64,000 bases of DNA from a bacterium (lineage in GTDB: Bacteria > Elusimicrobiota > Elusimicrobia > Elusimicrobiales > UBA9959). The stretch lies in contig JAJYNO010000033.1 in the NCBI GenBank assembly GCA_021786295.1, positions 1,775 to 65,774 on the forward strand, given 5' to 3'. The notes under the pieces were generated by a model. It was not told where the DNA came from. It did no database searches and worked only from the letters and a program-made list of their open reading frames with translations. The position numbers and the translations under genes were made by a program. Positions 55,256 through 63,606 of the stretch are shown here, one piece after another (within the stretch, counting starts at the first letter, position 1; each line of letters starts with the position of its first letter).

Positions 55256-55401
55256 AAAAACGTCTGAGCATGCAGGACAAGGCCGAGATAGCCATGAAAG
55301 TCGCCGTGCGCAAGGCCATAGCCGATCACAAGAAGAAGGGCCGCCCCATAGCCATCTGGAAGGACGGCAAGGCGGTGAACGTGAGGCCGGACAAACTGTG
55401 A
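55252..55401 (+). CDS. 49-aa ORF, candidate partner (antitoxin-like) of the zeta-like ATPase
   Basis: Not in the supplied track because it is under 60 aa. ATGA overlap with the upstream stop. It translates to MKKRLSMQDKAEIAMKVAVRKAIADHKKKGRPIAIWKDGKAVNVRPDKL, and its stop is 10 nt before manC. Confidence 0.45.
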   Translation: MKKRLSMQDKAEIAMKVAVRKAIADHKKKGRPIAIWKDGKAVNVRPDKL

Positions 55402-55411
55402 GCTGGGGGGG

Positions 55412-56812
55412 ATGATGAAAGCTGTAATTCTCGCCGGAGGCTCTGGCACGCGGCTTTGGCCGGTTTCCCGCTACGGGTTCCCTAAACAGTTCGTTAAACT
55501 GGGCGGCGGCAAGTCGCTGCTGTGCCAGACCGTGGAGCGCCTCTCCGCCGTGGTGCCGCTGAAGGATATCTTCGTCATTACCAACGAGGCTTACCGCTTC
55601 CACGTGCAGGAGGACCTGCGCTCCGTTTCCCCGGACATCGGCGGGAATATGATCCTGGAGCCGGTGGGCCGCAATACCGCGCCTGCCATAGCTTTGGTTA
55701 TGAAGTATTGCCAGGAGAAACTGAAGTGCGGCAGGGACGAGGTGATCTTTATCTGCCCGTCCGACCATATCATCCAGCCGGTGGAGAAGTTCGCCGAATA
55801 CGCGCGCCAGGCCGAAGCCGCAGCCAGGGCGGGCAGCATCGTCACTTTCGGAGTGAAGCCCGGCCGGCCCGAGACCGGCTACGGCTATATCAAGAAGGGT
55901 TCAAAGACGAACGGTGTTTACAAGGTCGCCAAGTTCGCCGAGAAACCCGACCTGAAGACGGCGCAGAAGTACCTGAAAGCCGGCGACTATTACTGGAACT
56001 CCGGCATGTTCGCGTTCACCATCGAGACCATGCTGGCCGAGTTCAGGGCCTACGCGCCTGAGATCAGCCGCCGCATGCCGCAGACGCTGGCTAAAATGAC
56101 GTCGGATTTCAAGAACATGCCATCCATCTCCATAGACTACGCGGTCATGGAGAAATCCCGGAAGGCGGCCGTGCTGCCCATAGACCTGCTCTGGTCGGAC
56201 GTCGGGTCCTGGGATTCGCTGCCGGAGGTCATTAAGCCGGATCCCGACGGTAACGTTAAAGTGGGCGACGTGCTGGCGCTGGATACACAAAAGACCATCG
56301 TCATGGGCGAGGGCCGCCTGATCTCCACGGTGGGCCTGAAAGACCTGATAATCATAGACACGCCCGACGCGCTGCTGATAGCCAGGCGCGGCCAGGCCCA
56401 GCGCGTGAAAGAAGTGGTCGAGACCCTGCGCGCCAAGAACCGCAAGGAGGGAGTGGACCACCTGACCGTCTACCGCCCCTGGGGATACTTCGTTATTCTT
56501 GAAGAGGGCCCGCGCTACAAGATAAAGCGCATAGTGCTCAAGCCCGGCCAGAAGGTCAGCCACCAGATGCATTTCCACCGCAGCGAGCACTGGGTGGTGG
56601 TGAAGGGCGTGGCCAAGGTGACCGTGGGCAAGGGAAAAGCTGTGCTGGTGCGCGAGAACGAGAGCACCTACGTGCCGCAGGGCGCCAGCCATCGCCTGGA
56701 GAACCCCGGCAAAGTTCCTCTGGAACTGATAGAGGTGCAGAACGGCGAGTACGTGGGCGAGGACGACATCGTGCGCCTGGAGGATAAGTATGGCCGGGCA
56801 GACAAAAAATAA
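55412..56812 (+). CDS. manC: Mannose-1-phosphate guanylyltransferase / mannose-6-phosphate isomerase (bifunctional type)
   Basis: [17 protein letters not shown], an N-terminal NTP-transferase domain and a C-terminal cupin (HRSEHWVVVKG...HRLENPG). Confidence 0.9.
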   Translation: MMKAVILAGGSGTRLWPVSRYGFPKQFVKLGGGKSLLCQTVERLSAVVPLKDIFVITNEAYRFHVQEDLRSVSPDIGGNMILEPVGRNTAPAIALVMKYCQEKLKCGRDEVIFICPSDHIIQPVEKFAEYARQAEAAARAGSIVTFGVKPGRPETGYGYIKKGSKTNGVYKVAKFAEKPDLKTAQKYLKAGDYYWNSGMFAFTIETMLAEFRAYAPEISRRMPQTLAKMTSDFKNMPSISIDYAVMEKSRKAAVLPIDLLWSDVGSWDSLPEVIKPDPDGNVKVGDVLALDTQKTIVMGEGRLISTVGLKDLIIIDTPDALLIARRGQAQRVKEVVETLRAKNRKEGVDHLTVYRPWGYFVILEEGPRYKIKRIVLKPGQKVSHQMHFHRSEHWVVVKGVAKVTVGKGKAVLVRENESTYVPQGASHRLENPGKVPLELIEVQNGEYVGEDDIVRLEDKYGRADKK

Positions 56813-57890
56813 AGCTCTTACCTATGTGGCCGGCCACACCGGCCTGGTCGGGTCCGCGCTGTGCCGCAGGCTCGCTGCGGAGGATGGGCGCGAGCTCCTC
56901 ACCGTCCCTTCCTCCGAACTGGACCTGCGCCGCCAGGCCGACACCGAGAAGTTCTTCGCCGAGCGCCGCCCGGAACAGGTCTTCCTTGCGGCGGCCCGCG
57001 TCGGCGGCATCCTGGCCAACGACACCTACAAGGCCGAGTTCATCTACGACAACCTGGCCATAGCCATGAACGTCGTGCACGCCGCCTACAAGAGCGGCGT
57101 AAAGAAGCTGCTGAACCTGGGCTCGTCGTGCATCTACCCGAAACTCGCCCCGCAGCCTATGCGCGAGGAAGCCCTGCTCACCAGCGCGCTGGAGCCCACC
57201 AACGAGCCTTACGCCATAGCCAAGATAGCCGCGCTGAAGCTCTGCCGCTACTACAACGAGCAGTACGGCACCAACTACATCTCCGTCATGCCCACCAACC
57301 TCTACGGCCCCGGCGACAACTTCAACCTGGAGACCGCCCACGTGCTGCCGGCCATGATGCGCAAGTTCCACCTGGCGAAATTGCTGGCCGAGGGAGATAT
57401 GAAAGCAGTGGCGGCGGACCTGAAGCGCACGCCGGTTGGCTTCGGCCTGGACAAGGAGGCCGCCTCCGGCGAGGCCGCCGCGCGCGGCGTGCTGGCCCGG
57501 CTGGGCGTCACCGGCAAGTCCGTGAAACTGTGGGGCACCGGCTCCGCCTACCGGGAGTTCCTGCACTCCGACGACCTGGCCGATGCCTGCGCCTACCTGA
57601 TGGACCGCTGCGACTACAGGGACATCGGCGAGGTGGTGAACATCGGCACCGGGCGGGACATACAGCTCAAGGACCTGGCCGCGCTGATACGCGGCATTGT
57701 GGGCTTCTCCGGCGCCATAGACTACGACCGCACCAGGCCCGACGGTACGCCAAAGAAGCTGCTGGACGTCTCCCGCATGGCCTCGCTGGGCTGGAAAGCC
57801 CGGATAACGCTGGAGAGGGGGATCGGCCTGGAATACGGGCGCTATGCCATGAAAGCCGCTTCAGCCTCCGGGGCAAAGGGGAATATATGA
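56790..57890 (+). CDS. fcl: GDP-L-fucose synthase
   Basis: [48 protein letters not shown] and [11 protein letters not shown] motifs. It is a long form with an insertion of about 40 aa between the RKFH and WGTG segments. Confidence 0.88.
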   Translation: MAGQTKNKALTYVAGHTGLVGSALCRRLAAEDGRELLTVPSSELDLRRQADTEKFFAERRPEQVFLAAARVGGILANDTYKAEFIYDNLAIAMNVVHAAYKSGVKKLLNLGSSCIYPKLAPQPMREEALLTSALEPTNEPYAIAKIAALKLCRYYNEQYGTNYISVMPTNLYGPGDNFNLETAHVLPAMMRKFHLAKLLAEGDMKAVAADLKRTPVGFGLDKEAASGEAAARGVLARLGVTGKSVKLWGTGSAYREFLHSDDLADACAYLMDRCDYRDIGEVVNIGTGRDIQLKDLAALIRGIVGFSGAIDYDRTRPDGTPKKLLDVSRMASLGWKARITLERGIGLEYGRYAMKAASASGAKGNI

Positions 57891-58663
57891 AAGTGGTTAT
57901 ACTTGCCGGCGGGATGGGGACCCGGCTCAGCGAAGAGACCGACCTTAAGCCCAAGCCGATGGCCGAGATAGGGGACAAACCAATACTCTGGCACATCATG
58001 AAGATCTACTCCCACTACGGGTTCAACGACTTCGTGCTGTGCCTGGGCTACAAGGGCTACATGATCAAGGAGTACTTCGCCAACTACTTCCTGCACCAGG
58101 CCGACGTCACCATAGACATGAAGAACAACAAGATGCAGGTGCATCACAGGAAGGCGGAGCCGTGGAAGGTGACGCTGGTGGACACCGGGCTCAATACCAT
58201 GACCGGCGGGCGCATAAAGCGCGTGCAGGAATACGTCGGGAACAGGCCGTTCATGCTGACCTACGGCGACGGCGTGGCGGACATAGACATTAAAAAACTC
58301 GCCGTTTTTCATAAGTCCCGCGGCGGGCTGGCCACCATGACGGCGGTGCAGCCGCTCGGGCGCTTCGGCGCCGTGGAGATAGGCTCCAAGGACAGAGTGG
58401 ACGCTTTTAAGGAGAAGCCGCAGGGCGACGGCGCCTGGATAAACGGCGGCTTCTTCGTGCTGGAGCCCGGCGTCTTCGACTATATCAAGGACGGCGATCC
58501 CTCCATCTGGGAGCGCGCTCCGCTGGAAGGCATCGCCGAAGATAAACAGCTCTCCGCCTACCGCCACACCGGCTTCTGGAAGTGCATGGACACCCTGCGC
58601 GACAAGACCGAGCTGGAAGGCCTCTGGAAATCCGGCAAGGCCCCCTGGAAGGTGTGGGAATGA
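57887..58663 (+). CDS. rfbF: Glucose-1-phosphate cytidylyltransferase
   Basis: [40 protein letters not shown], with an ATGA overlap with fcl. Confidence 0.9.
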   Translation: MKVVILAGGMGTRLSEETDLKPKPMAEIGDKPILWHIMKIYSHYGFNDFVLCLGYKGYMIKEYFANYFLHQADVTIDMKNNKMQVHHRKAEPWKVTLVDTGLNTMTGGRIKRVQEYVGNRPFMLTYGDGVADIDIKKLAVFHKSRGGLATMTAVQPLGRFGAVEIGSKDRVDAFKEKPQGDGAWINGGFFVLEPGVFDYIKDGDPSIWERAPLEGIAEDKQLSAYRHTGFWKCMDTLRDKTELEGLWKSGKAPWKVWE

Positions 58664-59724
58664 CCGGCTTCTGGCGGGACAAGCGCGTCTTCCTGACCGG
58701 CCACACCGGCTTTAAGGGCGCTTGGCTTGCCGTCTGGCTGGATTCGCTCGGCGCCAGGGTGACCGGCTACGCTTTAAAGCCGCCCACCAAACCCAGCATC
58801 TTCGAGCTCTGCCGCCTGGACCGCAGGATAAAATCCAATATAGGCGACGTGCGCGACGCCGCCAAGCTAAAGAAGGCCATGCTCGCGGCCAAGCCCGAGA
58901 TAGTTATACACATGGCCGCCCAGCCGCTGGTGCGCCTGTCCTACAAAGAACCGGCCGAAACCTACGAGACCAACGTCATGGGCGTGGTGAACCTGCTGGA
59001 GGCCGCGCGCGCCTGTAAGGGTATAAAGGCTATCGTAAACGTTACTACCGACAAGTGCTACGAGAACCGCGAGCACAACCGGGCCTTCCGCGAGGACGAG
59101 CCGATGGGCGGCTATGACCCGTATTCCAGCAGCAAGGGCTGCTCGGAGCTGGTCACCGCGGCCTACCGAAACTCTTTCTTCAACCCCAAGGACTATAAGA
59201 AGCACGGAGTCGCCCTGGCCAGCGCCAGGGCCGGCAACGTGATAGGCGGCGGCGACTGGGCCGCCGACAGGCTTATCCCGGACATCATCCGCGCCGGCCT
59301 GCGGGGGGAGAAGGTACGCATCCGCAATCCGCGCGCCATCCGCCCGTGGCAGCACGTGCTGGAGCCGCTCTCCGGCTACCTGCGCCTGGCGGAAAAACTT
59401 TATAAGCACGGCCCCAAGTACGCCGGGGCCTGGAACTTCGGCCCCGGCGCCGGCGACGCCAGGGACGTGGAGTGGATAGCGAAGCGCATGTTCGCCGCCT
59501 GGCCGGAGGCCCCCGGCTACGTAATAGACAAGGGCCCGCACCCGCACGAGGCGCATTACCTCAGGCTGGATTCCGCCAAAGCCCGCCGCGAGCTGGGCTG
59601 GCAGCCGCGCTGGCACATAGGCGCTGCCATAGACATGATAATACACTGGACCCGCGCCTACCAGGCAAAGAAGGATATGCGCGAGGTCTGCCTTGCGCAG
59701 ATCTCCGAATATGGAGCCCTATGA
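58660..59724 (+). CDS. rfbG: CDP-glucose 4,6-dehydratase
   Basis: [42 protein letters not shown]. Confidence 0.9.
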   Translation: MTGFWRDKRVFLTGHTGFKGAWLAVWLDSLGARVTGYALKPPTKPSIFELCRLDRRIKSNIGDVRDAAKLKKAMLAAKPEIVIHMAAQPLVRLSYKEPAETYETNVMGVVNLLEAARACKGIKAIVNVTTDKCYENREHNRAFREDEPMGGYDPYSSSKGCSELVTAAYRNSFFNPKDYKKHGVALASARAGNVIGGGDWAADRLIPDIIRAGLRGEKVRIRNPRAIRPWQHVLEPLSGYLRLAEKLYKHGPKYAGAWNFGPGAGDARDVEWIAKRMFAAWPEAPGYVIDKGPHPHEAHYLRLDSAKARRELGWQPRWHIGAAIDMIIHWTRAYQAKKDMREVCLAQISEYGAL

Positions 59725-61055
59725 CGCAACAGGAACAGAAAGCCAGGAAAGAGATATTCAAGAAGGTCTCCGCGTACTACCGGAAGTTCCATAAAAAGCC
59801 GGCATTCAGGCCCGGCGAGACCTTCGTGAATTACGGCGGGCGCGTTTACGACGAGAAAGAGCTCATAAACCTTACCGATACCGCGCTGGACTTCTGGCTC
59901 ACCTCCGGCCGCTACTGCGCCGAGTTCGAGCGCCGGCTGGGGGCCTACCTCGGAGTGAAGCATGTTTCGCTGGTGAACTCCGGGTCATCGGCCAACCTCA
60001 TCGCATTCATGGCGCTCACCTCGCCGAAGCTGGGCAAGCGGCAGATAAAGCCCGGCGACGAGGTTATAACCGTGGCCGCCGGCTTCCCTACCACGGTGAC
60101 GCCCATCATCCAGTACGGCGCTGTGCCTGTCTTCGTGGACGTGGCGCTGCCTTCGTACAACATAGACTGTTCGCAGCTGGAGAAGGCCCGTTCCCGCAAG
60201 ACCAAGGCCGTGATGCTGGCCCATACGCTGGGCAATCCCTTCGACATAGCCAAGGTCAAGAAGTTCTGCGACAGGCACGGGCTGTGGCTGATAGAGGACA
60301 ATTGCGACGCGCTGGGCTCCAAGTACGGCGGCAAGTTCACCGGCACTTTCGGGGACATCGGCACGTCGAGCTTCTACCCGCCGCACCACATGACCATGGG
60401 CGAGGGCGGGGCCGTGTACACCAACGACCCGCTGCTCAAGCGCCTGATAGAGTCCTTCCGCGACTGGGGCCGCGACTGCTGGTGCCCGTCGGGGCACGAT
60501 AATACCTGCCACGCCCGCTTCACCCGCAAGTACGGCGAGCTGCCGCTTGGCTACGACCATAAATACGTGTATTCCCATTTCGGTTACAACCTGAAGGCCA
60601 CCGAAATGCAGGCCGCCGTGGGCCTGGCGCAGCTGAAGAAATTCCCGCGCTTCGTGGAGGCCCGCAGGAAGAACTGGGCTTACCTGCGAAAGGCGCTGGA
60701 GAAATATTCCGACAAACTTATCCTGCCCGAGCCCACGCCGAAGGCCGCCCCCAGCTGGTTCGGTTTCCTGCTAACCGTGCGTGAGGACGCCGGCTTCACC
60801 CGCGAGCAGCTGGTCGCCCACCTGGAGAAGAACAAGGTGCAGACCCGCATGCTGTTCGCCGGGAACCTGATAAAGCATCCCTGCTTCGACGAGCTGCGCC
60901 GCTCCGGCAAGGGCTACCGCGTGTCGGGGAGGCTGACCAATACCGATGCCATCCTGGACCGCACCTTCTGGATAGGCGTGTACCCCGGCATGACCCGCGG
61001 GATGCTGGTTTACATGGTCTCCGTGTTCGACGCTTTCTTCGGGGAGAGGGCATGA
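59721..61055 (+). CDS. rfbH: CDP-6-deoxy-L-threo-D-glycero-4-hexulose-3-dehydrase (E1; RfbH/DdhC type, PMP and Fe-S dependent)
   Basis: 444 aa with a DegT/DnrJ-fold N-terminus (YGGRVYDEKE...NSGSSANL) and a C-x-C-x7-C cluster, CWCPSGHDNTC, as in E1 enzymes. Confidence 0.85.
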   Translation: MTQQEQKARKEIFKKVSAYYRKFHKKPAFRPGETFVNYGGRVYDEKELINLTDTALDFWLTSGRYCAEFERRLGAYLGVKHVSLVNSGSSANLIAFMALTSPKLGKRQIKPGDEVITVAAGFPTTVTPIIQYGAVPVFVDVALPSYNIDCSQLEKARSRKTKAVMLAHTLGNPFDIAKVKKFCDRHGLWLIEDNCDALGSKYGGKFTGTFGDIGTSSFYPPHHMTMGEGGAVYTNDPLLKRLIESFRDWGRDCWCPSGHDNTCHARFTRKYGELPLGYDHKYVYSHFGYNLKATEMQAAVGLAQLKKFPRFVEARRKNWAYLRKALEKYSDKLILPEPTPKAAPSWFGFLLTVREDAGFTREQLVAHLEKNKVQTRMLFAGNLIKHPCFDELRRSGKGYRVSGRLTNTDAILDRTFWIGVYPGMTRGMLVYMVSVFDAFFGERA

Positions 61056-61609
61056 ACTTCGTAAAGAAGCCCACGCCCATCCCCGGCTGCTTCGAGCTGC
61101 AGCCCGCGGTGCGCAAGGACGCGCGCGGCGCCTTCGTGAAGGTGTTCCACTCACCCGAGTTCAGGAAGCTTGGCCTGGAGACGGATTTCCGGGAGGAGTA
61201 TTACTCCGTCTCTAAAAAAGGCGTGCTGCGCGGCCTGCATTTCCAGGAGCCGCCGGCCGATCATGAGAAAGTCGTCTGTTGCCCGGTAGGGGAGGTCCTG
61301 GACGCGGTGCTGGACCTGCGCGCGAGCTCGGGCTACGGGCGGTCTTTTACCCTGGAGCTTAGCGCGGAGAAGGGGAATATGCTTTACATACCGCGGGGGT
61401 GCGCGCACGGCTTCTTCGCCCTGTCGCGCTCGGTAATGCTCTACCGGACCGGCACCGTGCATTCCCCTGAGCATGACGCCGGAGTGCTTTGGAGCTCCGC
61501 GGGTATAAAGTGGCCGTCGCGTAAACCGCTTATTTCCGACCGCGACGCCGCCTTTGCGCCGCTGGCTGGCTTCAGGACGCCGTTCAAAGGGAGGGGGAGA
61601 CGAAAGTGA
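61052..61609 (+). CDS. RmlC-like cupin sugar-nucleotide epimerase (second copy; possibly a CDP-4-keto-3,6-dideoxyhexose 5-epimerase)
   Basis: RGAFVKVF, GVLRGLHFQ and IPRGCAHGF motifs. It lies directly after rfbH with a 4-nt overlap. Confidence 0.7.
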   Translation: MNFVKKPTPIPGCFELQPAVRKDARGAFVKVFHSPEFRKLGLETDFREEYYSVSKKGVLRGLHFQEPPADHEKVVCCPVGEVLDAVLDLRASSGYGRSFTLELSAEKGNMLYIPRGCAHGFFALSRSVMLYRTGTVHSPEHDAGVLWSSAGIKWPSRKPLISDRDAAFAPLAGFRTPFKGRGRRK

Positions 61610-62232
61610 AGATACTTGCTCACAGGGGATACTGGCTGAACGAGAAGGAGAAGAACACGCGGCTGGCTTTCGAGAGAGCCTTCGCGCTGGGCTTTGGGGT
61701 TGAGACGGATATACGTGACTACAAGGGGCGCTTGGTCATTTCGCACGACGTGCCGGGCGCGGGCTGCATGGCTTTGGACGCGTTCCTGGCCCTGTACGTG
61801 AAGCATGGCGGGAAAGGTACGCTGGCGCTGAACATAAAGGCGGACGGCCTGTGCTCGCGGCTGCTACCGCTTTTGAGGCGCTTCTCCGTTACCGATTATT
61901 TCGTTTTCGATATGTCTTTGCCGGAGCAGCTCTGCTATTCGGCGGAAGGCTTTTCCGTGTTCGCGAGGCAGAGCGAGTACGAGAAGGAGCCGCTGCTGTA
62001 CGGCGGCGCCAAGGGAGTGTGGATGGACGAGTTCGGCCGCCGCTGGATAACGGCGCGCGCCGTGGCGCGGCACAGGCGGGCGCGCAAGAAAGTCTGCCTG
62101 GTCTCACCGGAGCTGCACAAGCGCCCGTATGCGGGGGCTTGGGCGGAGTTCCGCAGGATGGATGTCAAGGCGAGAGGCGGCCTGCTGTTATGCACCGACT
62201 TGCCCGAAAAAGCGAGGGAATACTTCAAATGA
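61606..62232 (+). CDS. Glycerophosphodiester-phosphodiesterase-like (GDPD/PLC-like) protein
   Basis: 208 aa. The N-terminus AHRGYW...KNTRLAFERAFALGFGVETDIRDYKGRLVISHD matches the HRG...E.T..AF...G....E.D.....D....HD pattern. Confidence 0.55.
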   Translation: MKILAHRGYWLNEKEKNTRLAFERAFALGFGVETDIRDYKGRLVISHDVPGAGCMALDAFLALYVKHGGKGTLALNIKADGLCSRLLPLLRRFSVTDYFVFDMSLPEQLCYSAEGFSVFARQSEYEKEPLLYGGAKGVWMDEFGRRWITARAVARHRRARKKVCLVSPELHKRPYAGAWAEFRRMDVKARGGLLLCTDLPEKAREYFK

Positions 62233-62867
62233 AGAAGATCAAGGCGATAATCTTCGATATGGACGGCGTGCTGATAGACGCCAAGGACTGGCACTACGAG
62301 GCCCTGAACAAGGCTCTGGGCCTGTTCGGGATGGAGATAGACCGCTACGACCACCTGGTCACGTACGACGGTTACCCGACCCAGAAGAAGCTGGACCTGC
62401 TCAGCATGGAATGTGGCCTGCCCGTGGAGCTGCAGCAGTTCCTGAACGAGCTGAAGCAGCAGTATACCATGGAGATAGTGGAGATGAAGTGCAAGCCGAA
62501 GTTCCAGCACGAATACGCGCTCTCCAAACTCAAGCAGGAGGGCTACCGCCTGGCCGTCTGCTCCAATTCCATACGCAGCTCTATCGAGACTATGCTGCGG
62601 CGGGCCAGCATAGACGGCTATTTCGACTTCTGCCTCTCCAACCAGGACGTCAAGAAGCCCAAGCCCGACCCGGAAATGTACTCCAAGGCGATAAGGCGCC
62701 TTAACCTCTCTCCTGGCGAGTGCCTTGTGGTGGAGGACAACGAAAAGGGCGTCAAGGCGGCTCTCGCCAGCGGAGCGCACCTGCTCAAGGTGGTCACCGT
62801 CGAGGACGTAAACTACCAGAACATAAAGGCGCGCATAAGCGAGCTGGAGGGTGCCAAACATGCTTAA
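62229..62867 (+). CDS. HAD-superfamily hydrolase (phosphatase / phosphomutase-like)
   Basis: Motif I IIFDMDGVLID, motif II CSNS, and motif III/IV K...VVEDNEKGVKAA. Confidence 0.8.
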   Translation: MKKIKAIIFDMDGVLIDAKDWHYEALNKALGLFGMEIDRYDHLVTYDGYPTQKKLDLLSMECGLPVELQQFLNELKQQYTMEIVEMKCKPKFQHEYALSKLKQEGYRLAVCSNSIRSSIETMLRRASIDGYFDFCLSNQDVKKPKPDPEMYSKAIRRLNLSPGECLVVEDNEKGVKAALASGAHLLKVVTVEDVNYQNIKARISELEGAKHA

Positions 62868-63606
62868 CATCCTGATCCCTATGGGGGCGCGGTCCTCTTT
62901 TTTCGACGTCAAGGAATATCCCTTCCCGGTACCGCTGATAGAGGTGAACGGAAAGTCCATTATAGAGAGGGCCCTTGCGAGTTTTCGGAAGATAAAGGGT
63001 AGAAAACGCTTCATCTTTGTCGTGTCGCGGGCCGATTGCGATAAGTACCATATCGACAGCGTGCTGGAGCTGCTTACGGATGGTAACTGCGAAATAGTCC
63101 GCCTGCACGGGGAGACCAGCGGCGCGGCATGCAGCAGCCTTATGGCCATTAAGCATATAAATAACTCCGACCAACTGCTGATATCCAACGGGGACCAGAT
63201 ACTGGAGGACGATCTCGGGTCTGTGGTAGACGGTTTCCGGAAAAAGTTCGACGCAGGTGTGGTCTGCTTTGAAACAGTGCATCCACGCTGGTCCTACGTC
63301 AGGCTGGACGAGAAAGGCCTGGTTATAGAGGCGGCAGAGAAGCGGCCCCTCAGCAACAAGGCAATAGCCGGGTTGTACTACTTCCGGAAGGGCTCGGACT
63401 TTGTTTCCGCGGCCATGCGCTCGATAAAGAAGGACGCCAGCGTGAACGGCGTCTACTATATTGCTCCTACTCTCAACGAGCTCGTCCTGGACGGGAAGAG
63501 AATAGGAGTATACAAGATAGCCAACGAATGCTACCATACGCTCTACTCTCCTCAGAAGGTGAAGGAGTATGAGAGCATTCTGTCAGCATCCGGGAGGATA
63601 AAATGA
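62860..63606 (+). CDS. Nucleotide-diphospho-sugar transferase fold protein (sugar-phosphate nucleotidyltransferase-like)
   Basis: 248 aa starting MLNILIPMG...PLIEVNGKSIIERAL, with a GDQI motif and a GLYYFRKG region. It is a paralogue of the next gene but lacks the GxGSRF motif (PMGARSSFF instead). Confidence 0.55.
   Translation: MLNILIPMGARSSFFDVKEYPFPVPLIEVNGKSIIERALASFRKIKGRKRFIFVVSRADCDKYHIDSVLELLTDGNCEIVRLHGETSGAACSSLMAIKHINNSDQLLISNGDQILEDDLGSVVDGFRKKFDAGVVCFETVHPRWSYVRLDEKGLVIEAAEKRPLSNKAIAGLYYFRKGSDFVSAAMRSIKKDASVNGVYYIAPTLNELVLDGKRIGVYKIANECYHTLYSPQKVKEYESILSASGRIK

Noticed and set aside
57340-57540. Insertion of about 40 aa in Fcl relative to E. coli Fcl, between the RKFH and WGTG segments
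   Set aside because: As far as I recall, long (~350-360 aa) GDP-fucose synthases with an insertion at this position are annotated in other phyla. All catalytic motifs are intact, so I do not consider it unusual without a database check.
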